64,000 bases of DNA from Candidatus Latescibacterota bacterium. Lineage in GTDB: Bacteria > Latescibacterota > UBA2968. The DNA lies in assembly GCA_965204375.1 (NCBI GenBank), contig OZ241986.1:832001-896000 (forward strand), written 5' to 3'. Position numbers and translations under genes: made by a program. Under the pieces are notes generated by a model. The model did not search any database. It was not told where the DNA came from and saw only the letters and a list, made by a program, of their open reading frames with translations. Each line of letters starts with the position of its first letter. The stretch's first letter is position 1. Positions 21,468 through 30,791 of the stretch are shown here, one piece after another.

Positions 21468-21643
21468 GTCCTGCTGTTGCAAACCAATGGTCGCCCCCAA
21501 GCATTGCAGACGCTGATCGGCGCCGAGCGGGATTGCGGCACCGGCTTCCTGCTGCTTGCCAACGCATTTGCTGTCCTGTATCCGCGAGGTAGTCAAAGAA
21601 AAACGACTTCTATTGCCATGCTCTATTGGCGATGCCACAATAG
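21468..21643 (+). pseudogene. Frameshifted 3' remnant resembling the C-terminus of a DUF1156 adenine DNA methyltransferase
   Basis: LLLQTNGRPQALQTLIGAE..FLLLANAFAVLYPRGS then, in shifted frames, EKRLL / AML / LAMPQ*; family recalled from memory. Confidence 0.5.
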
Positions 21644-21652
21644 GAGATCATC

Positions 21653-22897
21653 ATGCTCAAGAAACTGACTGTCCGAAACTTCAAGTCTCTCAACGACGTC
21701 ACGGTAGAGTTACCACGTCTATCGGTTCTGTTTGGCCCCAACGCCGTGGGTAAGAGCAATCTGCTTGATGCCATCCAGACTCTTTCAAGGATGGGTAACA
21801 CACCCTCATTATCCGAAGCACTTGGGGGATCGTTCCCAGTACGTGGCTACCCCTTTGAAGCGTTCTCTTTCGCTCCAGAAGGGTTGCCTGCACTGATCCA
21901 GAAAGGATTTGCACGGTTTACGTTAGAGGCCGATCTGACTACTGGTAGAGAGAATTATCGGTATCGTATTGAGCCGCAAATTGATCTCAAATCGGGCCAA
22001 CTTAGCGTTACTGACGAATATCTAACTCAACTTGATGTTTACGGAAGACCGAAGGGAACCGCAGCTATTGAGCGCCTGGGAGCACATCTCCATATCCGCG
22101 CCCAAGACAAAACAGATTATATACGGCAGGAGTTGGTTGGCTTGAATCACTCTATTTTGTCCGACCGAAGTCTGGGATCCAAGGCATACCCCTATCTGGC
22201 GCAAGTTCGCAATGAGTTGCTGAACTGGCGCACCTACTATTTCGAGCCACGGATGAAAATGCGGGATGAGCAATCTCCTGCCGACGTGTTCGACATAGGC
22301 ATTCACGGGGAGTACATTGCATCATTTCTGTACAAGCTTCGAGCAGAATACCCCAAGTATTTTGATGCTGTCTTACGAACATTACGCTCAATCGTACCAA
22401 GTATTGAGACGCTGAACGTCGAATTGGACGAACGACGCGGTACGCTGAATCTATCAATTCGACAGGGGGGCATAGAGTATTCTTCGCGGGTCGTATCTGA
22501 AGGAACATTGAGAGTCCTCGCACTTTGCGCCATGGCTGTTAATCCCTGGAGCGGCTCTCTCGTAGCATTGGAGGAACCAGAAAATGGTGTTCATCCGCGC
22601 CAGATCGATCTGATTGCTCAACTTCTGTTCTCTATAACTGAACAGTATCCGTGTCAGGTTGTAGTCACGACACACTCACCGCTATTTGTTGATGCAATCC
22701 TGAAGGTAAAGCGAGAAGCAGAATCAAGCGATATTGGCCTCTTCAATGTTCGTATTACCGCACAAGGAACAGTAGTCGAGCCTTTTGATGTTACAGATCC
22801 GCTGTTTCAGGATGCCGAAATCGCGAAGGCACTTGCGAACCAGACAGAAGACGGCATGTTCGAAAGTCTGATATTGCGGGGGCTTATTGATGAGTAA
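21653..22897 (+). CDS. AAA_21/ABC-type ATPase (defence-associated, SMC/RecF-like)
   Basis: NFKS, GPNAVGKSN (Walker A), SEGTLR signature, LEEPENGVHP (Walker B), TTHSP. Confidence 0.9.
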   Translation: MLKKLTVRNFKSLNDVTVELPRLSVLFGPNAVGKSNLLDAIQTLSRMGNTPSLSEALGGSFPVRGYPFEAFSFAPEGLPALIQKGFARFTLEADLTTGRENYRYRIEPQIDLKSGQLSVTDEYLTQLDVYGRPKGTAAIERLGAHLHIRAQDKTDYIRQELVGLNHSILSDRSLGSKAYPYLAQVRNELLNWRTYYFEPRMKMRDEQSPADVFDIGIHGEYIASFLYKLRAEYPKYFDAVLRTLRSIVPSIETLNVELDERRGTLNLSIRQGGIEYSSRVVSEGTLRVLALCAMAVNPWSGSLVALEEPENGVHPRQIDLIAQLLFSITEQYPCQVVVTTHSPLFVDAILKVKREAESSDIGLFNVRITAQGTVVEPFDVTDPLFQDAEIAKALANQTEDGMFESLILRGLIDE

Positions 22898-22990
22898 TCA
22901 AGTTATAGTCGATCTCTACTAAATGCGTTCCTGCGCGATTTACGAGCCATGTTACGGCAAGTAACACACAGTGGAGACGAAATTGGATAA
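22890..22990 (+). pseudogene. Internally deleted remnant of the ATPase's partner gene (DUF4276/TOPRIM-like suspected)
   Basis: ATG overlapping ATPase 3' end gives MSNQVIVDLY*, directly followed in another frame by LNAFLRDLRAMLRQ...*. Confidence 0.55.
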
Positions 22991-23115
22991 TTCCCTAACC
23001 TCATTCTTCCGCAACTCAATCACTCTGACGAACAGCAACCAGGATTTAAAGACGTATTTGGGACAAGCCTGAAGGTGGGGGAGAGTGTGAATCTGATGAC
23101 ATTCTCAATGCCTGC

Positions 23116-23144
23116 TTGACGACTCGCCATTAGCTGAGTATAAT
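23116..23144 (+). promoter_or_regulatory. Sigma70-type promoter for mod-res
   Basis: TTGACG-N17-TATAAT. Confidence 0.8.
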
Positions 23145-23255
23145 TGATTACTCTCCCATTTCAGACCATTGGATTTCAATGTACTCCCCCCGAGATTCGA
23201 TGTCTGATACCTGTACCATTTCTAACTTTTTTCACTCCAACCAGAAATTTCCATC

Positions 23256-26200
23256 ATGAATGATTCAATCTTATCCCGTTCGATATCAAATGGCGTGCAA
23301 TCAGCTCCGGGATCCGAAGGAAAGCTCAACCGGCTGAAGACCTTGCTGCGCGAGATGTTTCAACTTGATCGCGGCGATCTGGATTTTGGTCTGTACCGGA
23401 TCATGAACCTGAAGACCGCTGAGGTCGCGGCATTTCTCGACAATGACTTGTTGCCGCAGGTGCAGGAGCAACTCAATCTCACGGGCAATGAGGAGCGCGT
23501 CAGACTGGAAAAGGAACTACAGGATGCCCGTGAGCAAGCCCGAATGGGGGGCTATGACCCCGACACCCAGCCCTCGCCCAAGATTATCGATCTGAACCAA
23601 AGGCTTGCCGAGATGCAAAAAGACGCGGACGCTGAAGCCGATGTGTACAACCATCTCGCCAATTTTTTCGCACGCTATTACGCCGAGGGCGATTTTATCT
23701 CACAACGTCGCTACTCAAGCGGCGGCCGCTCAGCCTATCTGATCCCTTACGATGGTGAAGAAGTCAAGTTGCACTGGGCCAACGCGGACCAGTACTATGT
23801 CAAAACGACAGAGAACTACGCCTCCTATGTATTCTCTGTCGGCACAGGTGAAGCAGAGAGGCGCGTGCGCTTTGAGATCGCGGCAGCCGATAACGAGAGA
23901 GACAACATCAAGGCAGCCGACAGCAAACAGCGTCGTTTCGTCCTCGCGGGCGACGATAATGCCATTGCGATTGAGGATGGCGTGCTCATTGTGCGCTTTG
24001 ATCACCGGCCGCTGACCGATAGCGAAAAGCAGACGTGGACGGGCAATGGTGTTAGACAACAGGGCCGGATTAACGAGACGGTAGTCAATCGGATTCTCAA
24101 GGCGGTAGCCCCTGATTGGCAGGCTCTGCTGGCTGTACTGGCACCAACAGACACGAATGAAGAGCGCACGTTGCTTGAGAAACACGTCGAGCGATACACG
24201 GCAAAGAATAGTTTTGACTACTTCATTCACAAGGACCTGGGCGGCTTTTTGCGCCGCGAATTGGACCTGTATCTGAACACGGAAGTGCTGAACTTAGACG
24301 ATCTGGAACAAGGCGATGTCCCCCGGCTGGATCGGGCATTGGCGCGCGTACGTGCGACCCGTCACATCGGCGGAAAAATCATCGACTTTCTGGCACAATT
24401 AGAGAATTTTCAGAAGCAACTCTGGTTAAAGAAAAAGTTTGTTCTTGAAACCCAATGGTGCGTCACTCTGGATCGCGTCCCGGAGGATTTGTATCCCGAA
24501 ATCATCGCCAACGCGGACCAGTGCAAGGAATGGGTTGAGTTGTTCGCTGTTGACGAAATCCCGGGCGACCTGATAAATGGAGGTGCGACCTGGAACAATC
24601 CGCCGAGTGTAGATTTCCTCAAGACCAATCCCTATCTCGTGCTGGATACCCGGCACTTCGACCGCGATTTCACCGACAGACTGCTGGCGGTACTCTCTAA
24701 CGGTGGATCACTGGACGAGCAGCTAGACGGGCTGTTGGTACATGGCGAGAATTTTCAGGCGTTGAATCTGCTACAAGCGCGGTATCAGGGGCAGGTGGAT
24801 TGCGTCTATGTCGATCCTCCGTACAATACCGGTGACTCCGAAATTCTCTACAAAAATGGCTATAAGGATGCCAGTTGGTTGATGCTGATAGAGAATCGTC
24901 TTATAGCTGGAAAAAAATTCCTCTCAAAAAACGGGATACAATGCACGACGATTGATGACATAGAATTTCATAGATTGAGAGAATTGGTTGCTCAAGTGTT
25001 TGGTGAAGAAAATATAGCAGGTGTTGCTGTAATAAAAAACAATCCTTCAGGTCGATCCACTGTGAAGGGGTTTTCAATAGCACACGAATATGCAATTTTT
25101 AGTTTTGCATACGATGATGTTAGATTGGGGACAATACCAAGGTCTGAGGAACAACTATCCCAGTACCAGGAAGAAGATGAGAAAGGGAAATTTCAGTGGC
25201 GTAGTTTTCTCAGATCGGGCGGCGCAAATGATTTTCGTTCCGCACGTCCTCGTCTTCATTATCCGCTTATAATCGCTGGTAATAAAGTGCGATTACCTGA
25301 GATTGAATGGAATAGTGAAAATAACAGATGGAGACTGGTTGAAAATTCTCTCGAGAATGATGAGGTTGTCTGGCCTATCTCGAATGGCACAGAATATACT
25401 TGGCGATTGGGGATTGATTCGATTAAAGAACGTCTGCAGGATTTACGAGTACGTCAGATGCGAAATGGAAAAAACACAATAGAAATTAAATTCAGGCTTA
25501 ACGGGGAGGGTGTCTTACCAAAAACGGTATGGGATGAAAGGGAAATGAATGCAACTGCATACGGGACGACCGTATTACGAAATGTTATGGGCGAATCCCA
25601 AGTGTTTTCATTCCCGAAGTCTGTTTATGCAGTTGCAAAGAGCATACGAGTTTGTTGCAATCAGAATAGTGGTACAATCCTCGACTACTTCGCCGGTTCA
25701 GGTACAACCGGCCATGCGGTCATCAACCTCAACCGCGAGGATGATGGGCAGCGTAAGTTCATTCTGGTCGATATGGCCGACTATTTTGATACTGTCATGC
25801 TGCCGCGCATGAAGAAGATCATCTATTCTCCGGACTGGAAGGATGGCAAGCCGGTTTCGCGCGATGGCGTTACACAGTTATTCAAGTACGTCCGACTGGA
25901 ATCCTACGAAGATACAATGGACAGCCTTGAAGTGACACCACCCTCAGATGCACAGCAGGATTTGCTGGCCGAGAATCCCGCATTGGCCGAGGATTATCGA
26001 CTGCGTTATGCGCTCGGTGTGGAGACGGCCGGTAGCGCGTGTCTGCTGGGCAAGGCATTCGCCGACCCCTTCTCTTACACGCTCTCCGTCGTGCGCGATG
26101 GTGTGCGCCGAGAAGTTCAGGTTGATCTGCCAGAGACCTTCAACTATTTGATCGGTTTACGCGTGACATCCTGCCAGCGGATTGACGGGGTGCTCGCGAT

Positions 26201-26447
26201 CACAGGTACGGATCCCGAGGGACGAAACTGCTTGATCCTCTGGCGAAATCTCGACGAGACGGACCACGCCGCACTGGACACCTATTTTGATCGCAATCGT
26301 GAGCAGTTCGGGTCACTGGACATCATCTACGCTAACGGCGATCACACTCTGAACGCCATGCAACAGCCCGGTGAAAATTGGACCGCAAAGATCATTGAGC
26401 CGATTTTTCGTGAATTGATGTTTGGAGAGACCAGCGATGAGCGATAG
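23256..26447 (+). CDS. mod: Type III restriction-modification methyltransferase (Mod)
   Basis: DLDFGLYRIMN, EEVKLHWANADQYYVK, HGENFQAL, YVDPPYNTG (motif IV), FPKS, LDYFAGSGTTGHA (motif I), beta-class order. Confidence 0.93.
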   Translation: MNDSILSRSISNGVQSAPGSEGKLNRLKTLLREMFQLDRGDLDFGLYRIMNLKTAEVAAFLDNDLLPQVQEQLNLTGNEERVRLEKELQDAREQARMGGYDPDTQPSPKIIDLNQRLAEMQKDADAEADVYNHLANFFARYYAEGDFISQRRYSSGGRSAYLIPYDGEEVKLHWANADQYYVKTTENYASYVFSVGTGEAERRVRFEIAAADNERDNIKAADSKQRRFVLAGDDNAIAIEDGVLIVRFDHRPLTDSEKQTWTGNGVRQQGRINETVVNRILKAVAPDWQALLAVLAPTDTNEERTLLEKHVERYTAKNSFDYFIHKDLGGFLRRELDLYLNTEVLNLDDLEQGDVPRLDRALARVRATRHIGGKIIDFLAQLENFQKQLWLKKKFVLETQWCVTLDRVPEDLYPEIIANADQCKEWVELFAVDEIPGDLINGGATWNNPPSVDFLKTNPYLVLDTRHFDRDFTDRLLAVLSNGGSLDEQLDGLLVHGENFQALNLLQARYQGQVDCVYVDPPYNTGDSEILYKNGYKDASWLMLIENRLIAGKKFLSKNGIQCTTIDDIEFHRLRELVAQVFGEENIAGVAVIKNNPSGRSTVKGFSIAHEYAIFSFAYDDVRLGTIPRSEEQLSQYQEEDEKGKFQWRSFLRSGGANDFRSARPRLHYPLIIAGNKVRLPEIEWNSENNRWRLVENSLENDEVVWPISNGTEYTWRLGIDSIKERLQDLRVRQMRNGKNTIEIKFRLNGEGVLPKTVWDEREMNATAYGTTVLRNVMGESQVFSFPKSVYAVAKSIRVCCNQNSGTILDYFAGSGTTGHAVINLNREDDGQRKFILVDMADYFDTVMLPRMKKIIYSPDWKDGKPVSRDGVTQLFKYVRLESYEDTMDSLEVTPPSDAQQDLLAENPALAEDYRLRYALGVETAGSACLLGKAFADPFSYTLSVVRDGVRREVQVDLPETFNYLIGLRVTSCQRIDGVLAITGTDPEGRNCLILWRNLDETDHAALDTYFDRNREQFGSLDIIYANGDHTLNAMQQPGENWTAKIIEPIFRELMFGETSDER

Positions 26448-29400
26448 ACGATCTATGACACGCCTACAAAGTCGCCTCGCCCTGCATCGCTTTATCTGCC
26501 GAGAATTTGGCTACGACGACATGGACAGGATGCTCGAACGGTTGCACTTTGCTCAAGGCGAACTCGTCTCAGAAGGTGAGAGCGACTATGCCCAGACACT
26601 AAACCCGCTTCCCACTCGTACCCGTGTTACTGCTGACCAATTTGCCGAATACGACGCCAACATCACGACGCACAGCCGCCGGTTGCGTATGACAGAAGAA
26701 CACGGCCGTACCTGGAAACCCCACCAATACCTCGCCCTATTATTCACCGAACATTATTTGCACCGCTATTTCGACGACCCCGAGGCCCTGTGCGCCGACC
26801 TGAACCATGAGAAAGCCAGCCATCTTCCAACAGCGAGAATGCCGGACTATACGGTAGAAGATCTGCACACCCTCGCTTTCCAGAGCGCGACGGGTTCTGG
26901 AAAAACGCTCCTCATGCACGCCCATATTCTGCAATACCAGCACTATCTGGAACGTGCGGGTAAGCAGCTAAACAATATCGTGCTGGTGACACCGAATGAG
27001 CAGATGTCTGTGCAGCACGAGCGCGAGATGCAGGAAAGCGGTCTGCGGGCGCGGCTGTTCTCCAGCGAAGCCAGTTCTGATTTGTTCCAGACCGTTGAGA
27101 TCATTGACCTGAATAAACTCGCCGAAAAAAAGGGTGTAAAGCGCGTGGCCGTGACGGATTTCGGTGACGATAATCTGGTATTGGTTGACGAAGGACACCT
27201 GGGCGCATCGGGCAATGTTTGGCGCGAACGCCGCAGGGAATTAGCAAGTGGTGGCTTTGCATTTGAATACTCCGCGACCTTCAATCAGGTAGCGGGCAGA
27301 GACAACGACCTTCTAAACGCCTATGGCAAATGCCTGTTATTCGACTACACGTACCGCCGATTCCACACAGATGGCTACGGCAAGGACTACGCCATCTTGA
27401 ACCTGCCTGGCGGGGTGCAGGACGAGAACAGCGACATGTACCTGCTGGGTTGCCTGCTGACCTTCTACCAGCAATACCGCATCTGGCGTGACAAGGGCGC
27501 GTCGTGGAAAGCATTTAATCCGGCAAAACCACTGCAAGTATTCCTCGGCAAGACGGTAACGGGATCGAGCAAAGCAGATCGGGAGACCCGCTCCGACGTC
27601 ATCCGCATCTTAAAGTTTCTCGGCTGGGTGCTGGCCCATGGCGAAGATGTGCGGCACATGATCCAACGCCTATTAGCCGGAAAATCAGGATTACTCGACA
27701 GCACTGGCAACGATTACTTTTCTGGCCGCTTTTCTCATCTGCCGAGTGGAGAAGACCTCTACGCCGATCTCTGTAAAACCCTGTTTCACGGAGCGGGACG
27801 GCTACACGTCGTTTATCTGACCGCAGGCGAGGGTGAGTTACACCTTCGCACCGCTGACAATGATCCTTTTGGCGTGGTCAATGTCGGGGACTCGGCGAAG
27901 CTCTACAACTTGCTTACAGAAGAATCTAACCCCGATTTCGACGTTGATCGGGAGATGGGCTTTGCCGTACGGCTATTCGCCGATGTAGATCGTCAAGACT
28001 CAACTGTGAACATCGTCATCGGCGCGCGTCGCTTCATCGCGGGCTGGAACTCATGGCGCGTGAGTACAATGGGGCTGATGCACGTCGGCGTGGGCGAAGG
28101 ACCTGAAATCATCCAGATGTTCGGGCGCGGCGTACGTCTGAAGGGCTATAACATGAGCCTGAAGCGGCACCGCGAAATCGGAGGGGAACTGCCAGCAGAC
28201 AGCGACGAACTGACGGAATTGGAGAAGCTATACATCTTTGGGCTGCGTGCCAACTACATGCAGACCTTCCGGGATCTGCTACAAAAAGAAGGAATGCGCG
28301 CCGGACAAGAGACCTTTAGCTTGCCCACCACATGGAATTTTGCCAAGAAGACAGACCTGAAGCTGATCCGGCTCAAGGATGATCGAAAATACAACCTCTC
28401 CGCTGAGCGTCCCATCTTACCGGGACCAGGAGATGAAGATAGCCCCATTGTAACACTGGATCTGTACTCGAAGCTTCAATCCGTTGCATCCGATGGCGCT
28501 GTGCTCAGTGAGGAAACAGAACAAAATTCGGTCAAACTCACGTCACACACCACCTTCTTCAACACAACCCGCATTTACGAGCGGTTGTTATCGCGCAAAC
28601 AGCAAAAAGGTTGGCACAATCTGGTTATTGAGCGGCAGACAGTGGAACAGCTATTGCAAAGCAAGGACTGGTACGAACTCTACATGCCGCCAGATCGGTT
28701 GAACCCTACCGGATTCGGGCAGATGCACGGACTGGAGAACATCGCCCTTGATCTAATTACCGAATACGCCGATAACTTCTGGCGCAAGAAGCGCAGACGC
28801 TGGGAGCACGGCGAGCTTGAGATCGTCGGGCTGGATGAGGATGATCCAAACAATGCTTTAACCTACGCGCTATCCGTGGATGTGACCGAAGAGCAATTGG
28901 TCAAGGACGCGGGTGAACTGGCGTACAACATACGCGAAGGCCAGTACGACGAGTTGGAAGACTGGTATAGGAACTTGAACATCGGCATCATCAGATCACA
29001 GGCTCATGCGTATCAGCCACTGCTACATGCCAAGAAAGACCGCATCGTTACGGTTCAACCTGTCCCTTTGGATGAAAACGAGAGGCGCGTTGTCGAGCGG
29101 CTGGAAAAACTGGCCCGGACAGGCGATTCATGCCTGCAAGGCAAAGAGTTGTTTCTAATTCGCAATCTAACGCGCGGTCGGGGCGTGTCCTTTTTTGACG
29201 ACTTCGGTTATTATCCGGACTTCATCGTCTGGTTGAAGGACGACGAGAAACAGCACATTCTGTTTCTCGATCCAAAGGGCTTAAGCAGGTTCGGCCAAAG
29301 AGAACGCAAAAAGGTGCAACTGCATCACGAGATTGCAGAAATTGAAGAGCAGGTGCGTGAGAACGACCCGGACCTGTATCTGCGTGCCTATATTCTGTCC

Positions 29401-29538
29401 GTCACGCGAGCCCCACAGATTGGTGATGAAGGGCGTTCTGCGAGTGAATGGAAAACGGATGGTGTTTACTTCCTGAACGAGCCGGATTGTCTGCAACAGG
29501 TCATCACACACGCGCTCGGTGGCGATGCTGCGCCATAA
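26437..29538 (+). CDS. res: Type III restriction endonuclease/helicase subunit (Res)
   Basis: ATGSGKT, VDEGH, EYSATF, QMFGRGVRL helicase motifs; C-terminal YPDF..LDPKG PD-(D/E)xK; overlaps mod stop. Confidence 0.93.
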   Translation: MSDRRSMTRLQSRLALHRFICREFGYDDMDRMLERLHFAQGELVSEGESDYAQTLNPLPTRTRVTADQFAEYDANITTHSRRLRMTEEHGRTWKPHQYLALLFTEHYLHRYFDDPEALCADLNHEKASHLPTARMPDYTVEDLHTLAFQSATGSGKTLLMHAHILQYQHYLERAGKQLNNIVLVTPNEQMSVQHEREMQESGLRARLFSSEASSDLFQTVEIIDLNKLAEKKGVKRVAVTDFGDDNLVLVDEGHLGASGNVWRERRRELASGGFAFEYSATFNQVAGRDNDLLNAYGKCLLFDYTYRRFHTDGYGKDYAILNLPGGVQDENSDMYLLGCLLTFYQQYRIWRDKGASWKAFNPAKPLQVFLGKTVTGSSKADRETRSDVIRILKFLGWVLAHGEDVRHMIQRLLAGKSGLLDSTGNDYFSGRFSHLPSGEDLYADLCKTLFHGAGRLHVVYLTAGEGELHLRTADNDPFGVVNVGDSAKLYNLLTEESNPDFDVDREMGFAVRLFADVDRQDSTVNIVIGARRFIAGWNSWRVSTMGLMHVGVGEGPEIIQMFGRGVRLKGYNMSLKRHREIGGELPADSDELTELEKLYIFGLRANYMQTFRDLLQKEGMRAGQETFSLPTTWNFAKKTDLKLIRLKDDRKYNLSAERPILPGPGDEDSPIVTLDLYSKLQSVASDGAVLSEETEQNSVKLTSHTTFFNTTRIYERLLSRKQQKGWHNLVIERQTVEQLLQSKDWYELYMPPDRLNPTGFGQMHGLENIALDLITEYADNFWRKKRRRWEHGELEIVGLDEDDPNNALTYALSVDVTEEQLVKDAGELAYNIREGQYDELEDWYRNLNIGIIRSQAHAYQPLLHAKKDRIVTVQPVPLDENERRVVERLEKLARTGDSCLQGKELFLIRNLTRGRGVSFFDDFGYYPDFIVWLKDDEKQHILFLDPKGLSRFGQRERKKVQLHHEIAEIEEQVRENDPDLYLRAYILSVTRAPQIGDEGRSASEWKTDGVYFLNEPDCLQQVITHALGGDAAP

Positions 29539-29567
29539 TTTATTTGATTTTCACACCAAACAACCCC

Positions 29568-29590
29568 AACCGGCTTTGCCGGTTTTTTTT
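29568..29590 (+). terminator. Rho-independent terminator after res
   Basis: AACCGGC-TTT-GCCGGTT followed by T run. Confidence 0.8.
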
Positions 29591-29736
29591 ATAATTGACC
29601 AAATCCACGAGACCGGCCTCGAACCGACTGAACCGTCTCCGCTTTTGCCTCCGATCAATCAGGATGAAATAGAACTTCTCTGCTGGATGGGTATTGAGCC
29701 TGAAAGTGAGTCTCTAGCAAATAAGGAAGCGAAAAT

Positions 29737-30273
29737 ATGAAATATTTACCCTGTCGAATCTGGAGTATAGCGGCTTCTGGAAAATCTCTTTCTGATGGAG
29801 ATGTGGAAAGGATAAATTCGCCACGAGCGGGCGGCTGGTACCTCATTACTCTGGAAGCCATCACACGATTGCCGTAACTCGACGAACGCGGCAAAGCACG
29901 TTTAACCTCGTGGTTGGTTGATCAGCGGCGATTGGGCGTCAAATGTCCGGAAATATTCCAAAAAACGATCACGGATGCGGAACAGCAAAAGGACTTGTCC
30001 GTCCACGAGCGGGCAGATAGGCTTCTCCAGTACATTGAAGCTCAAACTGTAGAGATTGGCACACAATGTATTTTCACGCCCGAAGAAATGCTCAAAACAG
30101 CGATAGGAGCATGGTCGGAATCCCTCAGCCAGGAAGAGGTGCTATATCTATTAAAATATTTGGATAAACAGGGTTGGATAGCACTACGTGAATATCCTCC
30201 AAGCAAATACAACATAGAGGTTGGATACACCCTAACGGTCGAGGGATACGCTCGCCTTGTCACAGAGCAATAA
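29737..30273 (+). pseudogene. Hypothetical protein gene with in-frame TAA (29875) and probable C-terminal truncation
   Basis: RBS AAGGA + ATG 29737: MKYLPCRIW..NSPRAGGWY..RLP*LDERGKARLTSWLVDQRRLG is in frame with ORF 29914-30273. Confidence 0.7.
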
Positions 30274-30317
30274 TTGGTTTGTTATCAAACCCTGAATGGC
30301 GTACATTTAACCACAAC

Positions 30318-30351
30318 AAAAAAGGCCGTGTCCCAATGAAAGACACGGCCT
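30318..30351 (-). terminator. Minus-strand Rho-independent terminator
   Basis: AGGCCGTGTC-N9-GACACGGCCT stem with A run on its left (U tract on minus strand). Confidence 0.75.
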
Positions 30352-30383
30352 CCAAGACTATCAATACCTACCTGTTAAGCTTA

Positions 30384-30440
30384 AATTTACTTCAATTCAA
30401 AATTTCTGGCAATTCAAAACGCTCTGGATATTTTGAATTG
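30384..30440 (-). promoter_or_regulatory. Minus-strand promoter overlapped by three copies of a 10-bp operator-like motif
   Basis: TTGCCA(30412-30407)-N17-TAAATT(30389-30384); CAATTCAAAA at 30393 and 30410, inverted TTTTGAATTG at 30431. Confidence 0.55.
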
Positions 30441-30563
30441 TCGTGTTAATACCGGGGCTCGCTGTCATCCTTCTCCCGAACCCGCGCGAGTCCCCAGAGG
30501 GCAGTAGGCAGTTTACCAAAGGTCTCTATGTCCTGCCGCCCTCATAGCATAAAGGAGGCTTAG

Positions 30564-30791
30564 ATGACGCATTATGAGAATTGGACACGGCTTACGGAAA
30601 TCGGATATGTGGATAGATATAGTCCAAGACCCAGGGGTATTAGATTTCCCGATGGGCGGTCTGAGTCGTTCCATAGGAGATGGATAAACGTGCTGAGAGC
30701 TGTCACAAAATGGCTTATAATGACTGGAAAGTTGACAGAGGAAAACGCTCGGATACGGCATCGAGATCTGCGAGATTTTTGGGTTTTGTGA
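30564..30791 (+). CDS. Small hypothetical protein or fragment (PxxIxFPDG...W..VL..V.KWL...GKL domain, recalled from restriction-associated proteins)
   Basis: Strong RBS AAGGAGG; 75 aa; stop overlaps GTG of next ORF. Confidence 0.55.
   Translation: MTHYENWTRLTEIGYVDRYSPRPRGIRFPDGRSESFHRRWINVLRAVTKWLIMTGKLTEENARIRHRDLRDFWVL

Noticed and set aside
23256-24800. Phase-variable simple repeat in mod (phasevarion)
   Set aside because: No tandem SSR or long homopolymer was found in the mod 5' region or promoter.
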